Shown: positions 1 to 11,135 of the stretch, in pieces
Numbering within the stretch: the stretch's first letter is position 1
Layout of the letters: each line of letters opens with the position of its first letter
Source: Octopus bimaculoides
Lineage: Eukaryota
Length of the DNA stretch: 46,200 nucleotides
Direction: 5' to 3'
NCBI RefSeq assembly: GCF_001194135.2
Contig: NC_068985.1
Span: forward strand, 76,677,616-76,723,815
Notes under the pieces: model-generated
Told to the model about the DNA's origin: nothing
Database searches by the model: none
What the model saw: the letters and a program-made list of their open reading frames with translations, nothing else
Made by a program: the position numbers and the translations under genes

Positions 1-28
1 CATACACACACACATATATAACAATATA

Positions 29-74
<46 letters not shown>

Positions 75-356
75 TATATTGTTATTTGATTGAACGCCAC
101 GCATCCATTTTCAAGTAAGTTTATCTCTCTCTATATATATACGTATGTATGTATATATATATGTGTGTGTGTGTGTGTATGTATATATATATACGCATAT
201 ATATATATATACACGCGCACACACACGCACGTACATATATGTTGATAGGTAGATAGATAGATAGATAGGTAGATAGATAGATAAATATGCATATATGATG
301 TTAGCTTATACGCGTGTGTTGCTCTCTGTTAATGAAAGATAAAAAATATAACTTAC

Positions 357-476
357 CTGTGCTAATGTAGTTGCGAATATCATCAAAAGTAAGAAACCGA
401 GTAAACCGCCACCTGGGCGATATGATAAACATCTGATCCTTTTTCTTATATACAGTATCATCATTGATGTGTTCAT
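357..476 (-). CDS. Candidate 120-nt exon of an unidentified minus-strand gene
   Basis: On the minus strand: acceptor ttttcggctttgttttctag| and donor CAG|GTAAGT (plus 351-356 acttac). Two frames are open: phase 0 MNTSMMILYIRKRIRCLSYRPGGGLLGFLLLMIFATTLAQ (signal-peptide-like) and phase 1 (D)EHINDDTVYKKKDQMFIISPRWRFTRFLTFDDIRNYIST. No homology recognised. Confidence 0.4.
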
Positions 477-636
477 CTAGAAAACAAAGCCGAAAATGAT
501 AAACTATCCACAGTCGGTCGTGTATTATGGATCCTGATTGCGGTGATAACGGCGGTGGTGGCAGACGCTCCTGTATATTTATCTGTACTGCCTTCGCGTT
601 ATTCGATAATAAATATATTGCCTTGCAGATGTGTGT

Positions 637-668
<32 letters not shown>

Positions 669-1293
669 TGTGTGCGTGCGTGTGTGTGTGTTTGTACAGT
701 TACAGATATTTAATAATTGCGTTGTTGTTTTCGAGAAAGCACACACACTTTTATGTGCGTGTCTGTGTGTATGTATGTATATATATNNNNNNNNNNNNNN
801 NNNNNNNNNNNNNNNNNNNNNNNNNNNNNNNNNNNNNNNNNNNNNNNNNNNNNNNNNNNNNNNNNNNNNNNNNNNNNNNNNNNNNNNNNNNNNNNNNNNN
901 NNNNNNNNNNNNNNNNNNNNNNNNNNNNNNNNNNNNNNNNNNNNNNNNNNNNNNNNNNNNNNNNNNNNNNNNNNNNNNNNNNNNNNNNNNNNNNNNNNNN
1001 NNNNNNNNNNNNNNNNNNNNNNNNNNNNNNNNNNNNNNNNNNNNNNNNNNNNNNNNNNNNNNNNNNNNNNNNNNNNNNNNNNNNNNNNNNNNNNNNNNNN
1101 NNNNNNNNNNNNNNNNNNNNNNNNNNNNNNNNNNNNNNNNNNNNNNNNNNNNNNNNNNNNNNNNNNNNNNNNNNNNNNNNNNNNNNNNNNNNNNNNNNNN
1201 NNNNNNNNNNNNNNNNNNNNNNNNNNNNNNNNNNNNNNNNNNNNNNNNNNNNNNNNNNNNNNNNNNNNNNNNNNNNNNNNNNNNNNNNNNNNN

Positions 1294-1373
<80 letters not shown>

Positions 1374-1406
1374 TACTACTATTACTATTATTATTATTAT
1401 TATTAC

Positions 1407-1445
<39 letters not shown>

Positions 1446-1450
1446 TATTA
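1294..1450. repeat. (ATT)n/(ACT)n trinucleotide microsatellite
   Basis: Directly visible, next to the N-gap 787-1293. Confidence 0.97.
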
Positions 1451-1607
1451 TGTTCAGGTTATGTATTGTTTATTGATTTTTGTTTGTTTGGGTTTTTGCC
1501 CTTTTTTAAAAAAAAATTTTCCACTACATCCTTCTCCTGATCCACATCTACAGAAAATCATGTGTAGAACGTCTATGAACTTAGTACGTATACGCATACT
1601 AAAACAG

Positions 1608-1641
1608 GGATAGATAGATAGACCAATAGATAGATAGATCA

Positions 1642-1717
<76 letters not shown>

Positions 1718-1739
1718 GTAAATAGGTAGATAGATAGAA
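1608..1739. repeat. (GATA)n microsatellite
   Basis: Directly visible. Confidence 0.97.
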
Positions 1740-1835
1740 TATGAATTTGATGCCTATGGATGAATCAAGCTGTTGCCACCAAGTGTGAAGACAGGTCTGT
1801 GCGTGACATGCATCTAATGGAAATATGTGCGAATG

Positions 1836-1837
<2 letters not shown>

Positions 1838-1869
<32 letters not shown>

Positions 1870-1954
1870 TGAGTGTGTGTGTGTGTGCGTGTGTGTATTC
1901 ACACATACACAGATATACATATATATTATATATGTATATATACATATACACACA

Positions 1955-1988
<34 letters not shown>

Positions 1989-2092
1989 GGCAGACAGACA
2001 GAGACGGACGGGCGGACGGACGGACGGGCGGACGGACGGGCGGACGGACGGACGGGCGGACGGACGGGCGGACGGACGGACAGACAGACAGA
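1838..2092. repeat. Compound microsatellite (GT)n-(AT)n-(CA)n-(CAGA/CGGA/CGGG)n
   Basis: Directly visible. Confidence 0.95.
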
Positions 2093-2309
2093 AAATAAGA
2101 AGGTGGAAGTGAGAGAAAGAAAGAGATGTTCGTATATTATATCTAGTTAAATGGGGTGCTCTTTCTAGGAGGTGCGTCACAAAAGTTATCTTCGTTATGG
2201 ACCGTTGCTGAAGCTTATTGAAAACCTACCAAAACTGGGGCGTGTGTTTCACGTCAATTTTAGTCTTAGGTTTTTTGTTAGAATCCTGTGGTGCGTTCAA
2301 GGTCCTTGT

Positions 2310-3005
2310 CAGTGATGGCTCGTAGATAAATTGGTGGGGGTGCTGCTTCAGAAAATTTTTAGCCACTGTTTTAATATTGTGTAATAGGAAACAAACATAT
2401 AAAAAGAAAATTTATACATAAACTTGATCGGTTCGCGTTTTAGCCACTGCCGGGTAGTGTGTTTAATTTGTTCCCTGAACAACGCCGCGAATTCCCCCTT
2501 GTTTTTCAAAAATCTACCCTAAATCACAAAATAAGGGTGGAGAATCTGCCCTGCTTTTCAAATCCTGGCAGCAACAATGTAGCTGGAAGCAGGATAATAA
2601 TCTAATTCTACACTTTATCTCATTCAAGAATATAAACATGGTTTTAAGCACAACACACGTCAAAAAGAAACACTACCTTTCACCAGCACACCAGGATCAG
2701 CACAGTGCTCTCTCTCCCTAGTGTGCAGCTTCCTATCTCGGACATGTGAGCATGCGCGCAACAGCCAAACACCGCGTCGCTGGAAATGCGAAGCGCACAG
2801 CTCAACACAAGGATTTTTGTATTTTTTTTTTTTTTTTGCATAAACTAGGGGATGGCTACTGACATTAAGCTTAAAGATTATATTATGTACAAGTATAAAG
2901 AAAGAATCAAAGAAAAAGGACTCCTTATATTGAATGCTATCGATAATATCGAGTGGAAATAGGGGGTGCTGCAATACCGCAGTGCCTATACACAAGCCGT
3001 CACTA
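2310..3005. mobile_element. Non-autonomous hAT-type element (MITE), ~696 bp
   Basis: Imperfect TIRs: CAGTGATGGCTCGTA at 2310-2324 and the reverse complement of 2991-3005, TAGTGACGGCTTGTG. 8-bp flanks GTCCTTGT (2302-2309) and GTCCTTGC (3006-3013) match at 7/8, consistent with a hAT TSD. Confidence 0.8.
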
Positions 3006-3227
3006 GTCCTTGCGCTAAGTTTTGTTGTCTTTTTATATCGCGTTTTAAAAAATTCTTTCTGTTTCGCCTCAGGCCCGCTAATTGTGTAGACTAGTTCTGT
3101 GTTCAAAAGCTGATTCCAGCCATCGATATTCTGTTGGTTCTGTATTTTTTTGCCCCTCCCTCGCCCTGCATAGTTTATCCAAATGAGCATTATCCAATGT
3201 GCTGAAGCTGTTAAGGCACATTGCCCG

Positions 3228-3345
3228 GTGGCTATAGTGTTAGATTCACAGTCATAAAGCTACGAGTTCGATTCCTGGATCGGAGATCTTGAGCAAGAGA
3301 ATTCATTTCAGGTTGCTCCAATCTACTAAGCTCAAAATAAGAATC
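3228..3345 (+). mobile_element. Degenerate SINE family C head fragment
   Basis: Box-B-like gagttcgattcc followed by cttgagcaag...ttgctcca, as in 28503-28843. Confidence 0.65.
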
Positions 3346-3809
3346 AGATGTGTGATGATGCAGGTCTTTCTCCCTCGCGACTTTATAGGCACCTAAAACA
3401 ATTAGCGAGAGTATGGTACTGTTTGCAGGTCGTATTCTCTTGCGAGTGACAGCAATGGTTCTCCAGCCATTTTTTCTAAGACGTGAATATGTAAGTTGAT
3501 GCGAATTTCATTGTCCTCTCTAACGTGTAGAACTACCACAAATATGCTCCTCGTTGGCTCCACATTAATATCTGTTGTTGTTCTTGTTGTCGTCGTTTAG
3601 CCTTATGTCAATCCTGAAGGGATACATCTTTGATCAAATATCTTGCTGTGACAATTATTTTTTCTATATGCAAGGAACCAAGGAACACATAATGTAGCGT
3701 TTCCATTTGTTAAGACGGGTGGTTTGATTTAAGAGTATTTTGGCTGTTATTTCTAGCAAATGGAGCGACCACAAGTATATTCCCGCATTTGGTCTGTTGT
3801 TGATGTTAC

Positions 3810-4990
3810 TGTTAATGGCAGCATTGGTATGGTGACATTGAGAATGCCTTTGCTGTGTTTCACTACATCATCTTACATTTTAAGTTCAAATTTCACCGAA
3901 GTTAACTCTGTCCTACTTACTTGCTGGGGTTTTATAAAATAACAACCAGTCAAGTACTGCTGTCTCTTTCCCTAAACTTGAAGCCCCTGTGACTATGATA
4001 GAAGTCATTATTATTTTTGTTATTAGAGCGGTCGACTGGAAGAGTTGTTAGCGCGTTCAGATCCCTCCAATTCAACTTGGTTTTTCTTCCTTCCGGGTTA
4101 AATTACAATAAAGTACTCAACCGAGTGCAGAGGTTGATATGATCGATTGCTCCCCTGCTCGCAAATTTCTGGCTTTGTGCCTTTGTTAGAAAAAAATTAT
4201 TGTTACTGTTTAGGCAAATGGAACTGCAGAATCGGTAGACTGTTACATTAAATGTTCTGCCTTATGCTCTGAGTTCGAATCCTGCCAGCGCTGACTGCCT
4301 TTTATCGTTCTTGGAGCGATGACATACGGTGAATTATTGGAAGGAATTTAATCAACTATACCTTCCCACCTGCCATGAAACTCTTTCATTGTTTTGCTGG
4401 GATTGTTGTTGCTTTTATCACTCGATCCGGAGTGAAGTACCGCACACTTTCTTTACGCCTCCGAAACTGGGAAAAGGAAAAGAAGAAGTTGTCAACAAAA
4501 TCTGAGATCTCATTTTAGGACAATTTATATCAATGTAAACACCACTACAGGTGTCCAAGGACCTGATGGTGGTGTTCAGAAGGTTAAAAGCCAGATCAAA
4601 CACCATAGGCCATTTCATCCGAGACTTTAACAATTCCTCAAATCCACTGCAATAGGCTGGTGCTTTATTTTATCAACTATAGAAGGATCTAAGTTAATGC
4701 TGGTCTCGGCGGGATTTGAACTCAGAACTCAGAGTACAGCGAGCCGGAAGAAATGCCGCAAGTCATTTTGTCCTTCAATATAACGACTCTGTAATTTCGC
4801 TGCTTTTGATTGTAATTTTTTAAATGGAGTGGCAGAATCGGTAGAGTATCAGAGTTGCGCCCCTTTATGTTTTGAGTTCCTATCCAGCTGGTACTGCCTT
4901 TTCTGTTCGTCTAACCTAATATTGATAAAATAAATTCTTTGTAATGAACCGATTCAACCGAGTGTACTCATGACATTATGACATTATGAC
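3810..4990. mobile_element. Cluster of old, diverged SINE family B copies (about 3810-3960 +, 4030-4200 +, 4215-4345 +, 4660-4805 -, 4825-4990 +)
   Basis: Recurrent ggcagaatcg...gagttc(a/g)aat...ataaaataagtac motifs shared with 5688-5895. Confidence 0.65.
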
Positions 4991-5239
4991 AATTTATCTC
5001 CCCTCTTCTCAATCAGCCCAGCCTTCTTTTACACCTTCCCTGAGAAACCATGGACTACTAAACTATCGGGAGATATATTCTAACTCGTGACGGAAGTTTT
5101 GCAGATTAGTTTCCAAGCTCTCCTAAACTACATACCACAAGCTATTGGATTATCTTTTTGTAACCACCTTGTGAGGCCGTTGATTATTTTATCGCTCTTT
5201 CCTCTCTGGCTTCATTGTTTTCGGTTTTCTAAATGAGCA

Positions 5240-6110
5240 TTTCACAATGAATTGCTATTACATGGACATCAAGAAAGTGAAAAATTATGTAACTCCAAAG
5301 TGCAGATTTAAAAAGAGAAATTGAGCGTTTGTTGATGGCTGTTCAAGATCAAGCTTTAAACATTATTTCAGTGAGCAAAGGTATGTATTCCATTGCTTCG
5401 ACGAACAAGTGCTATTTATGAAATTAATGAGCGGGAAATATTATGTATATTGTATTAGGCTGAGAAATGTCAGCTCAGAAAGAATATATATGTCATGATT
5501 TGGTTTGTCTCACTTTACACTAGTCCTTCAGTACAAAAAGCATGGATACCACACTTCAGACAAATAAGACAATAATGTACCAGAAATGGCTTTACGCAAA
5601 AGCAAGGATTTCATGAGATCTTGACAATCAGATAGAGAGAATAATTAATCACCGTAAATCAGATCTCATTATCAAAATATTACATAAGGCGCCGCGCTGG
5701 CGGAATCGTTAGCACGCCGGGTAAGATGCTTTGCAGCATTTTATCTGTTTCTACATTCTAAGTTCAAATTCTGCCGAGGTTGACTTTGCCATTCATTCTT
5801 TCGAGATCTATAACATAGGTACCAGTTGAGCACTGGGGTTGATGTAATTGACTTGTCCCCTCTCTCGAATGTTGCCAAAATTTGAAACCATTATTAGAAA
5901 ATTACTTTAAAAAAATAAGATGCTTCATAAAAAATTCGTTGCAATTTCTTTACACAAAAACATTGCAAACAAAGAAGAAATATCTCGAAATATGATTATT
6001 TTAAAGAAGAGATATTAAGAGTGTTGAAATGATCAGCAGCAAAAGTAAAAGTGGTACCGGATATCATCGGGCCATTAGGCTGACTTCTCAAAAAAGCTAT
6101 CAAACAACCT
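5240..6110 (+). pseudogene. R4/Dong-clade non-LTR retrotransposon C-terminal fragment (zinc knuckle + RLE), copy 1, interrupted by a SINE
   Basis: Hand translation with stops and frameshifts: LKREIERLLMAVQDQAL...NKC..., QKEYICHD, NHRKSDLII, then after the SINE, KVVPDIIGPLG. Same motif order as copy 2. Confidence 0.7.
5688..5895 (+). mobile_element. tRNA-derived SINE family B, nested in the LINE fragment
   Basis: ctggcggaatcgttagcac (box-A-like), aagttcaaattc (box-B-like), ggtaccagttgagcactggggttgatg body, attatt tail. Confidence 0.85.
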
Positions 6111-6194
6111 AGAACGGTTGAACATTCCTAAACTTTTCTTTCATTTGAAGTGTTAATATTCTTAGAAAAGTAGTGTTTGTCTAAGCACTTATAT

Positions 6195-6875
6195 AGCGGC
6201 ACAAGAACAAGCATTTAGGAGAAACAATATAAAGTGCAGAATTGATAACACAACTGAGAGCAGAAATGAAGAATGTGTGGTGAGAAGGGTGAAACAGTAT
6301 GGTACATTGTTAGTGAATGCCTGAAATTGGCGCAACACGAATACAAAAGACATGATAGTGTAGGATGAATGAGCCATTGGGTGCTCTGTGGAAATTATGG
6401 CTTAGAAAGATCGGAGACCTGGTATGACCAAATCCCAGAGGGAGCTACTGAGAATGAGGATTGCAAAATCCTGTGGGGTGCAATGACATTGGGAACCTAA
6501 TATTGTTGTGATGAACAGAAAAGGAAAACATGCCTGATAATCGAAGAGCAAGAAGGAAAAAAAGTAAACAGCTATGATAAATTGAAGTGGAAAATACGCA
6601 GGTTGTGTGCAATGAAGAGACTGGACGTGATACCAATAATGATTGACGTGCTTGGAAGTATCAGCACTCCACTACCAACGTGGCTCAAAAAGATTGGTGC
6701 AACTGTAAAGACAGAGCACCTACTAAATTCAGCATTGCTTGGAACTTCAAGAGTTCTCCGCGGGTTTCTTAAAGCATAATCAGTAAACCAGTGTCACCTT
6801 AGTCTGCTGGTTGTGTGAAGCTGACTCTTTACCTACAAAATGAGCTGCGAGTTTTCATCAAATAATAATAATAAT
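6195..6875 (+). pseudogene. R4/Dong-clade LINE 3' end (CCHC + restriction-like endonuclease), copy 2, with (AAT)n tail
   Basis: AAQEQA...RMCGEKGETVWYIVSECLKLAQHEYKRHD...WYDQIPEG..ENEDCKILW...VIPIMIDVLG...SALLGTSRVLRGFL* (ORF 6582-6779 is its end). (AAT)n at 6861-6875. Confidence 0.85.
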
Positions 6876-7892
6876 GCTTTCTACTATAGGCACAAAGCCT
6901 GAAATTTTGGGGGAGGGTAAGTCGAGTACATCAAACTCAGTGCTTGACTGGTACTTATTTTATCGACCCCAAAAGGATGAAGAGCAAAGTCGACATCGAC
7001 AGAATTTGAACTCAGAACGTGAAGATGGATGAAATACTGCTAAGCATTTCGCCCGGTGTGCTAACGATTCTGCCCGCTCACCGACTCAATAATTTTTTTC
7101 TCATTCTACTATAGGCACAAGGTCTGAAATTTTGGAGGAGGATAATCGGTTACATTGATCCTAGTGCTCAACTGGTATTTATTTTATCAACCTCGAAAGG
7201 ATGAAAGGCAAAGTCAACCTAGGCGGAATTTGAACTCAGAACGTAAAGACAGACGAAATGCTGCTAAGCATTTTTCCCGTCATGCTAACGATTCTGCCAG
7301 CTCACCGCTTTGCTCAATAATAATAATAATCCATTCTACTATAGGCACAAGGCCTGAAAATTTGGGTTACCAAAAAGCTCCACAATATCGGCGAAGAGTT
7401 GATATTGCTTTGCTGCAAAGATATCATATCAAATGTGCTAGGAAGTTCTGAACTTCAAAAGCTGAAGCATGTCTGTCCCTCAAACGAGACTGTTAGCAAG
7501 CGAAGAACTGAACTGTCTGATAACATTCTGTCGCAGGTGGTACTTAATTTATCGAGCCCGAAAGGATAAAAGGTTAAGTCGACCTCGGCGGAATTTAAAC
7601 TCAGAGCCTAGCGGCGGGCGAAATACCGCTAAGCATTTTGATCAGCGTGCTAACGATTCTTATTTCTTTATTGCCCACAAGGGCCTAAACATAGAGGGGA
7701 CAAACAAGGACAGACAAAGGGATTAAGTCGATTACATCGACGCCAGTGCGTAAATGGTACTTAATTTATCGACCCCAAAAGGATCAAAGGCAAAGTCGAC
7801 CTCTGCGGAATTTGAACCCAGAACGTACCGGCAGGCAAAATAACGCTAAGCATTTCGCCCGGCATACTAACGATTCTGCCATCTCGCCGCCT
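6876..7892 (-). mobile_element. Stack of about 5 same-orientation SINE family B copies or fragments (6876-7086, 7105-7309, 7316-7365, 7535-7660, 7665-7892)
   Basis: Repeated ctactataggcacaa...gaatttgaactcagaacgt...taagcatttcgcccg...ctaacgattctgcc units, several separated by (AAT)n. Confidence 0.9.
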
Positions 7893-8381
7893 TACTCAAT
7901 AATAAAAATAATGATAATCATGATGATGATGAGAAGAAGAAGAAGAAGAAGAAGAAGAAAGCAAGATCCGTGGGAACTAGTGATGGTCTACAAAGTTAGT
8001 AATTAGCGAGTAAAAGCAGTTAAAAACAAAAATGGAATAAATTTTGTCATTAAGCAAAAACAAAAGAAATTAACAGTGTAAAATTTATCTGGAATGTAAG
8101 GCTGTTGCTCGTCCACGTGATTTACCAATTTATTCCACTCTTGACCTGTTTATAATAATAATAATTATTATTATTAATATCATTATTGACCATGCTTACT
8201 TACTTCCAAACGAAAATCAGTATAATCAGCACACGACCTGATTTTCTCTAAAGAACACGATGGCCTGATTCCTTTCACTGAAGAAAGCAAAACCGGCACC
8301 GTCGGTAAATTAAGAGATCTGTAGCGTGACCAATTTCTATTATGGCATATTCTAAGCATTTAACTTTTATAAGATCATCAC

Positions 8382-8502
8382 CAGTGACGGCTCGTGACTA
8401 AAATTAGTTGGGGTGCTACTTCAGAATATTTTTAGCCGTCGTTTTAATATTGTGTAAAACGAAACAAACATATAAAAAGAAAAATTTATACATAAACTTG
8501 AT
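8382..8502 (+). mobile_element. Second copy of the left end of the 2310-3005 hAT MITE family
   Basis: Starts CAGTGACGGCTCGTG and aligns by eye with 2310-2428 (ggggtgct.cttcagaa...aaacaaacatataaaaagaaaa.ttatacataaacttgat). Confidence 0.8.
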
Positions 8503-8686
8503 AAAATCTAAAACGAAAAACTTATTTTTTAGTAATAAATTGTTACTGTTCAAGCTTGATCCGTTTATTTAAAAATGAAATCCACTCTTTTACTTTGAGC
8601 GAAAAGGTTAATAATTTTCTTTTTGATCCCTGGATGACGCTTGAGGAAATTTTTCTCCATTGAAAACACTCCAAGTACATTTAGTC

Positions 8687-9860
8687 CAGTGGTTCTCAAA
8701 CTTTTCAGAAAATTTTACATGCCAGTCCCCTTACAGTTTTTTCGATGATTCGCGGTCCCCTATAAAATGCAGGATAACCAACATGGAAAAAACTGATATA
8801 CATCCGTGTACCGTAATTTCCGGACTGTGCACCGCTCTGCCCATAAACCGGCAACCTCGAAAACCCCAGCTTAATTCACGCAATAGCCCATCAGGATACA
8901 ATAATTACACATGAAAATATGGGGATTCAATTGTCAATTAGTTACAAAACAAATGAGAAACGAAGACAGTCCGAAAATATCCCGAGCATCCTGTATTAAC
9001 AAGTGCATAAGACCCATTTATGCCCATTTGGCAGAAAGAAACTGCAGGTCATGCGCCGAAAATTACAGTGGTTCTCGAGCTTTTGACATCACCTTCCCCT
9101 TTCGCCAGGTTTTGGGATGTTATTCCTCTCCGTTGGCAGGTCATTCCTCATACTGATTATCGAAGAGGTGCATATCAACCAATTTTGCTATTTTCAGCAA
9201 AATTGTAATAGCATCCCAAAATGTACAAAAGTTTCTGCCAGTTGGACCGCTAGTATGTACAGAAAACCACAATTTTAGTAGAAACACAGTCTTCTCCTCC
9301 CCTGAAGGTGTGCCATCCCGTTTCTTGAATCCCTGATACATGACGTGACATAAAAAAAAGATATAGAAGAACTTATTTATTCACAAAAGCAGACCATCCG
9401 TCATTTTACTTGTAGTAAAGTTTAGTGTGATTGATGTACTTGCTTTACAGTCACCAGCTCTTTTATGTTCGATTTTGTTTTGGAGAAGGCAATCCTCATA
9501 TCTGGTGCGACATCAAGCCGATTTAGTGACTTCGTTTTGATGGCAAAGAGAGAGGAAAACGCTGTCTTACACTCATAGGTGTTTGGAAATGGCATCAATA
9601 CTTTAAGAGCCATCTTTGTGACATCAAGATATGACCGTGGCATTTCAGTCCAAAAGTCAGAACAGCAGATTTCTCGGAAAAAATTTTGCACCCCCATCAT
9701 TGACCAAATCAATGAACTGCTCTTGAATTAAATTGTCTTTTGTTGGCAGATAGCTAACAGAAGAGTCCCTGATAAAGCAGCAGTAATTGTGTAAGTCATG
9801 AAGATCAGGAAAATAAAAAGATATTTCTCTACCAAGTATTGACACGAGTTGTTTCATGAG
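8687..9860 (-). mobile_element. hAT (Buster/Charlie-type) transposon remnant: TIR plus transposase C-terminal dimerisation domain
   Basis: CAGTGGTTCTCAAACTTTT at 8687, preceded by atttagtc (central TA); a second CAGTGGTTCTC at 9066. ORFs 9422-9712 and 9657-9857 give FYFPDL...QEQFIDL and FW..MPRSYLDVTKMALKVLMPFPNTYECKTAFSSLFAIKTKSLNRLDV...QVHQSH*, the Buster/ZBED5-like C-terminus. Confidence 0.85.
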
Positions 9861-10690
9861 TTCAGTATAATTGCAAAAAGGTTAAGGAATTTCCTTGGAG
9901 GATCTGATACTGATGCTTCAGTCAATCTAAGGTCCCAATGTTCATTTTCTAAACAAACTTTGTTGATACCATGCTTCCCTATAAGTTTCACACACATAAC
10001 CATTTACCATCCTTAATTTTAGAATGATTTGCGTCCACGTACTTCATGCAAAAGACACTGTAAGTAGTAGCCTTCTGGTTGGCTTCCGGGGGGGGGGACA
10101 CTGTAAACTCTTGCAAGAGCGTCATCCCCACGTTTCCTCTTGTGCCATTCATTGTTTCTCCAGGTGTAATACTTGTGTAATTGTGGGTAAAGGAGTTTTC
10201 TTGCATCTTCATCTACTTGACACAACTTAAAAAAGGCAGTAAGTGTAGTTTCTTTAGGAGAAAGTACTTGTTACATGACTGTTTGTTTTGTAAAGATAAC
10301 CCTGTGGCCATTCTCTAGATGGACACGCAGATGAATGATGGTTGGGTGCCTCTCATGATTGGGAAAATTGAAGATGCGCCAAAAAGCCTCAATGGCACTG
10401 ATGTACCTTCCTCTGTCATCCTGTGCATCTTCGTCGTTTTTATTTATCTGTTGACTGCCATTCTACGTAAAAGTGTATGTTGCAGCATCTAAACCTTTGT
10501 TTATATATTTGCAAACATACTTAATAGAGTTAACAGAGTTGCAGAATTCAACATTGACGCTGAATACCTGTACTCGTCTTTGCTTCACTGTGGAATACTG
10601 GTCATCTACAACTACCCCGTCTCCTTTTGTAGAGAGTGAGAACATCGTTCTCGGAAACTTTTTCGAATATTAAAGCGGGGATTAAATGAA
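9860..10690 (-). pseudogene. Helitron Rep/helicase fragment (Rep C-terminal region)
   Basis: NVEFCNSVNSIKYVCKYINKG...GRYISAIEAFWRIFNFPNHERHP..IHLRVHLENGHRV...TTLTAFFKLCQVD...LLYPQLHKYYTW...YYLQCLLHEVRG...TYREA...LFAII are Helitron RepHel motifs, with stops and frameshifts. Confidence 0.92.
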
Positions 10691-10809
10691 AAAAATGAGT
10701 TACGTGAATATTTTCACAAGAGTGGTCGAAATAAATGGCGACTATGGAACACCCTACGCACGTATACACACACACACTCACACAATATCAAACATCAGAT
10801 GAAATGGAC

Positions 10810-11060
10810 GTGTGTGTGTGAGAGAGAGAGAAAAGGGGTGTGTTGTCATGTATATGTACATAAATAAATATGCATACATCCTTTTTGTATGTATGTGTAT
10901 GTGTGAGAGAGAGAGAGAGAGCCACTAAGACATCACGCTCTCTTTTTCACACACACGCGACGCGCGCGCAGACATACATACAAAAAAGATGTATGCATAT
11001 GTATTTATGTATGTACGTATTTCATGACAACACACCCCTTGACTGACTGACTCTCTCTAT

Positions 11061-11122
<62 letters not shown>

Positions 11123-11135
11123 AACACACACACAT
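10810..11135. repeat. Fold-back (inverted repeat) of about 320 bp
   Basis: Arm 10833-10896 is the near reverse complement of 10972-11040. Flanking (GT)/(GA) runs are mirrored by (CT)/(CA) runs. Confidence 0.85.

Noticed and set aside
100-120. Plus-strand donor-like AA|GTAAGT (115-120)
   Set aside because: No acceptor or ORF upstream within the window; single-motif evidence only.
2660-3190. 176-aa minus-strand ORF
   Set aside because: It crosses a MITE boundary and a homopolymer (KKKKK) and has no recognisable domain.
6876-7892. Repeat-spacer-like periodicity resembling a CRISPR array
   Set aside because: Units are ~200-bp SINEs in eukaryotic DNA with no cas genes.
9060-9341. Possible helicase or second transposase reading
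   Set aside because: No convincing motif in any frame; more likely hAT subterminal sequence.
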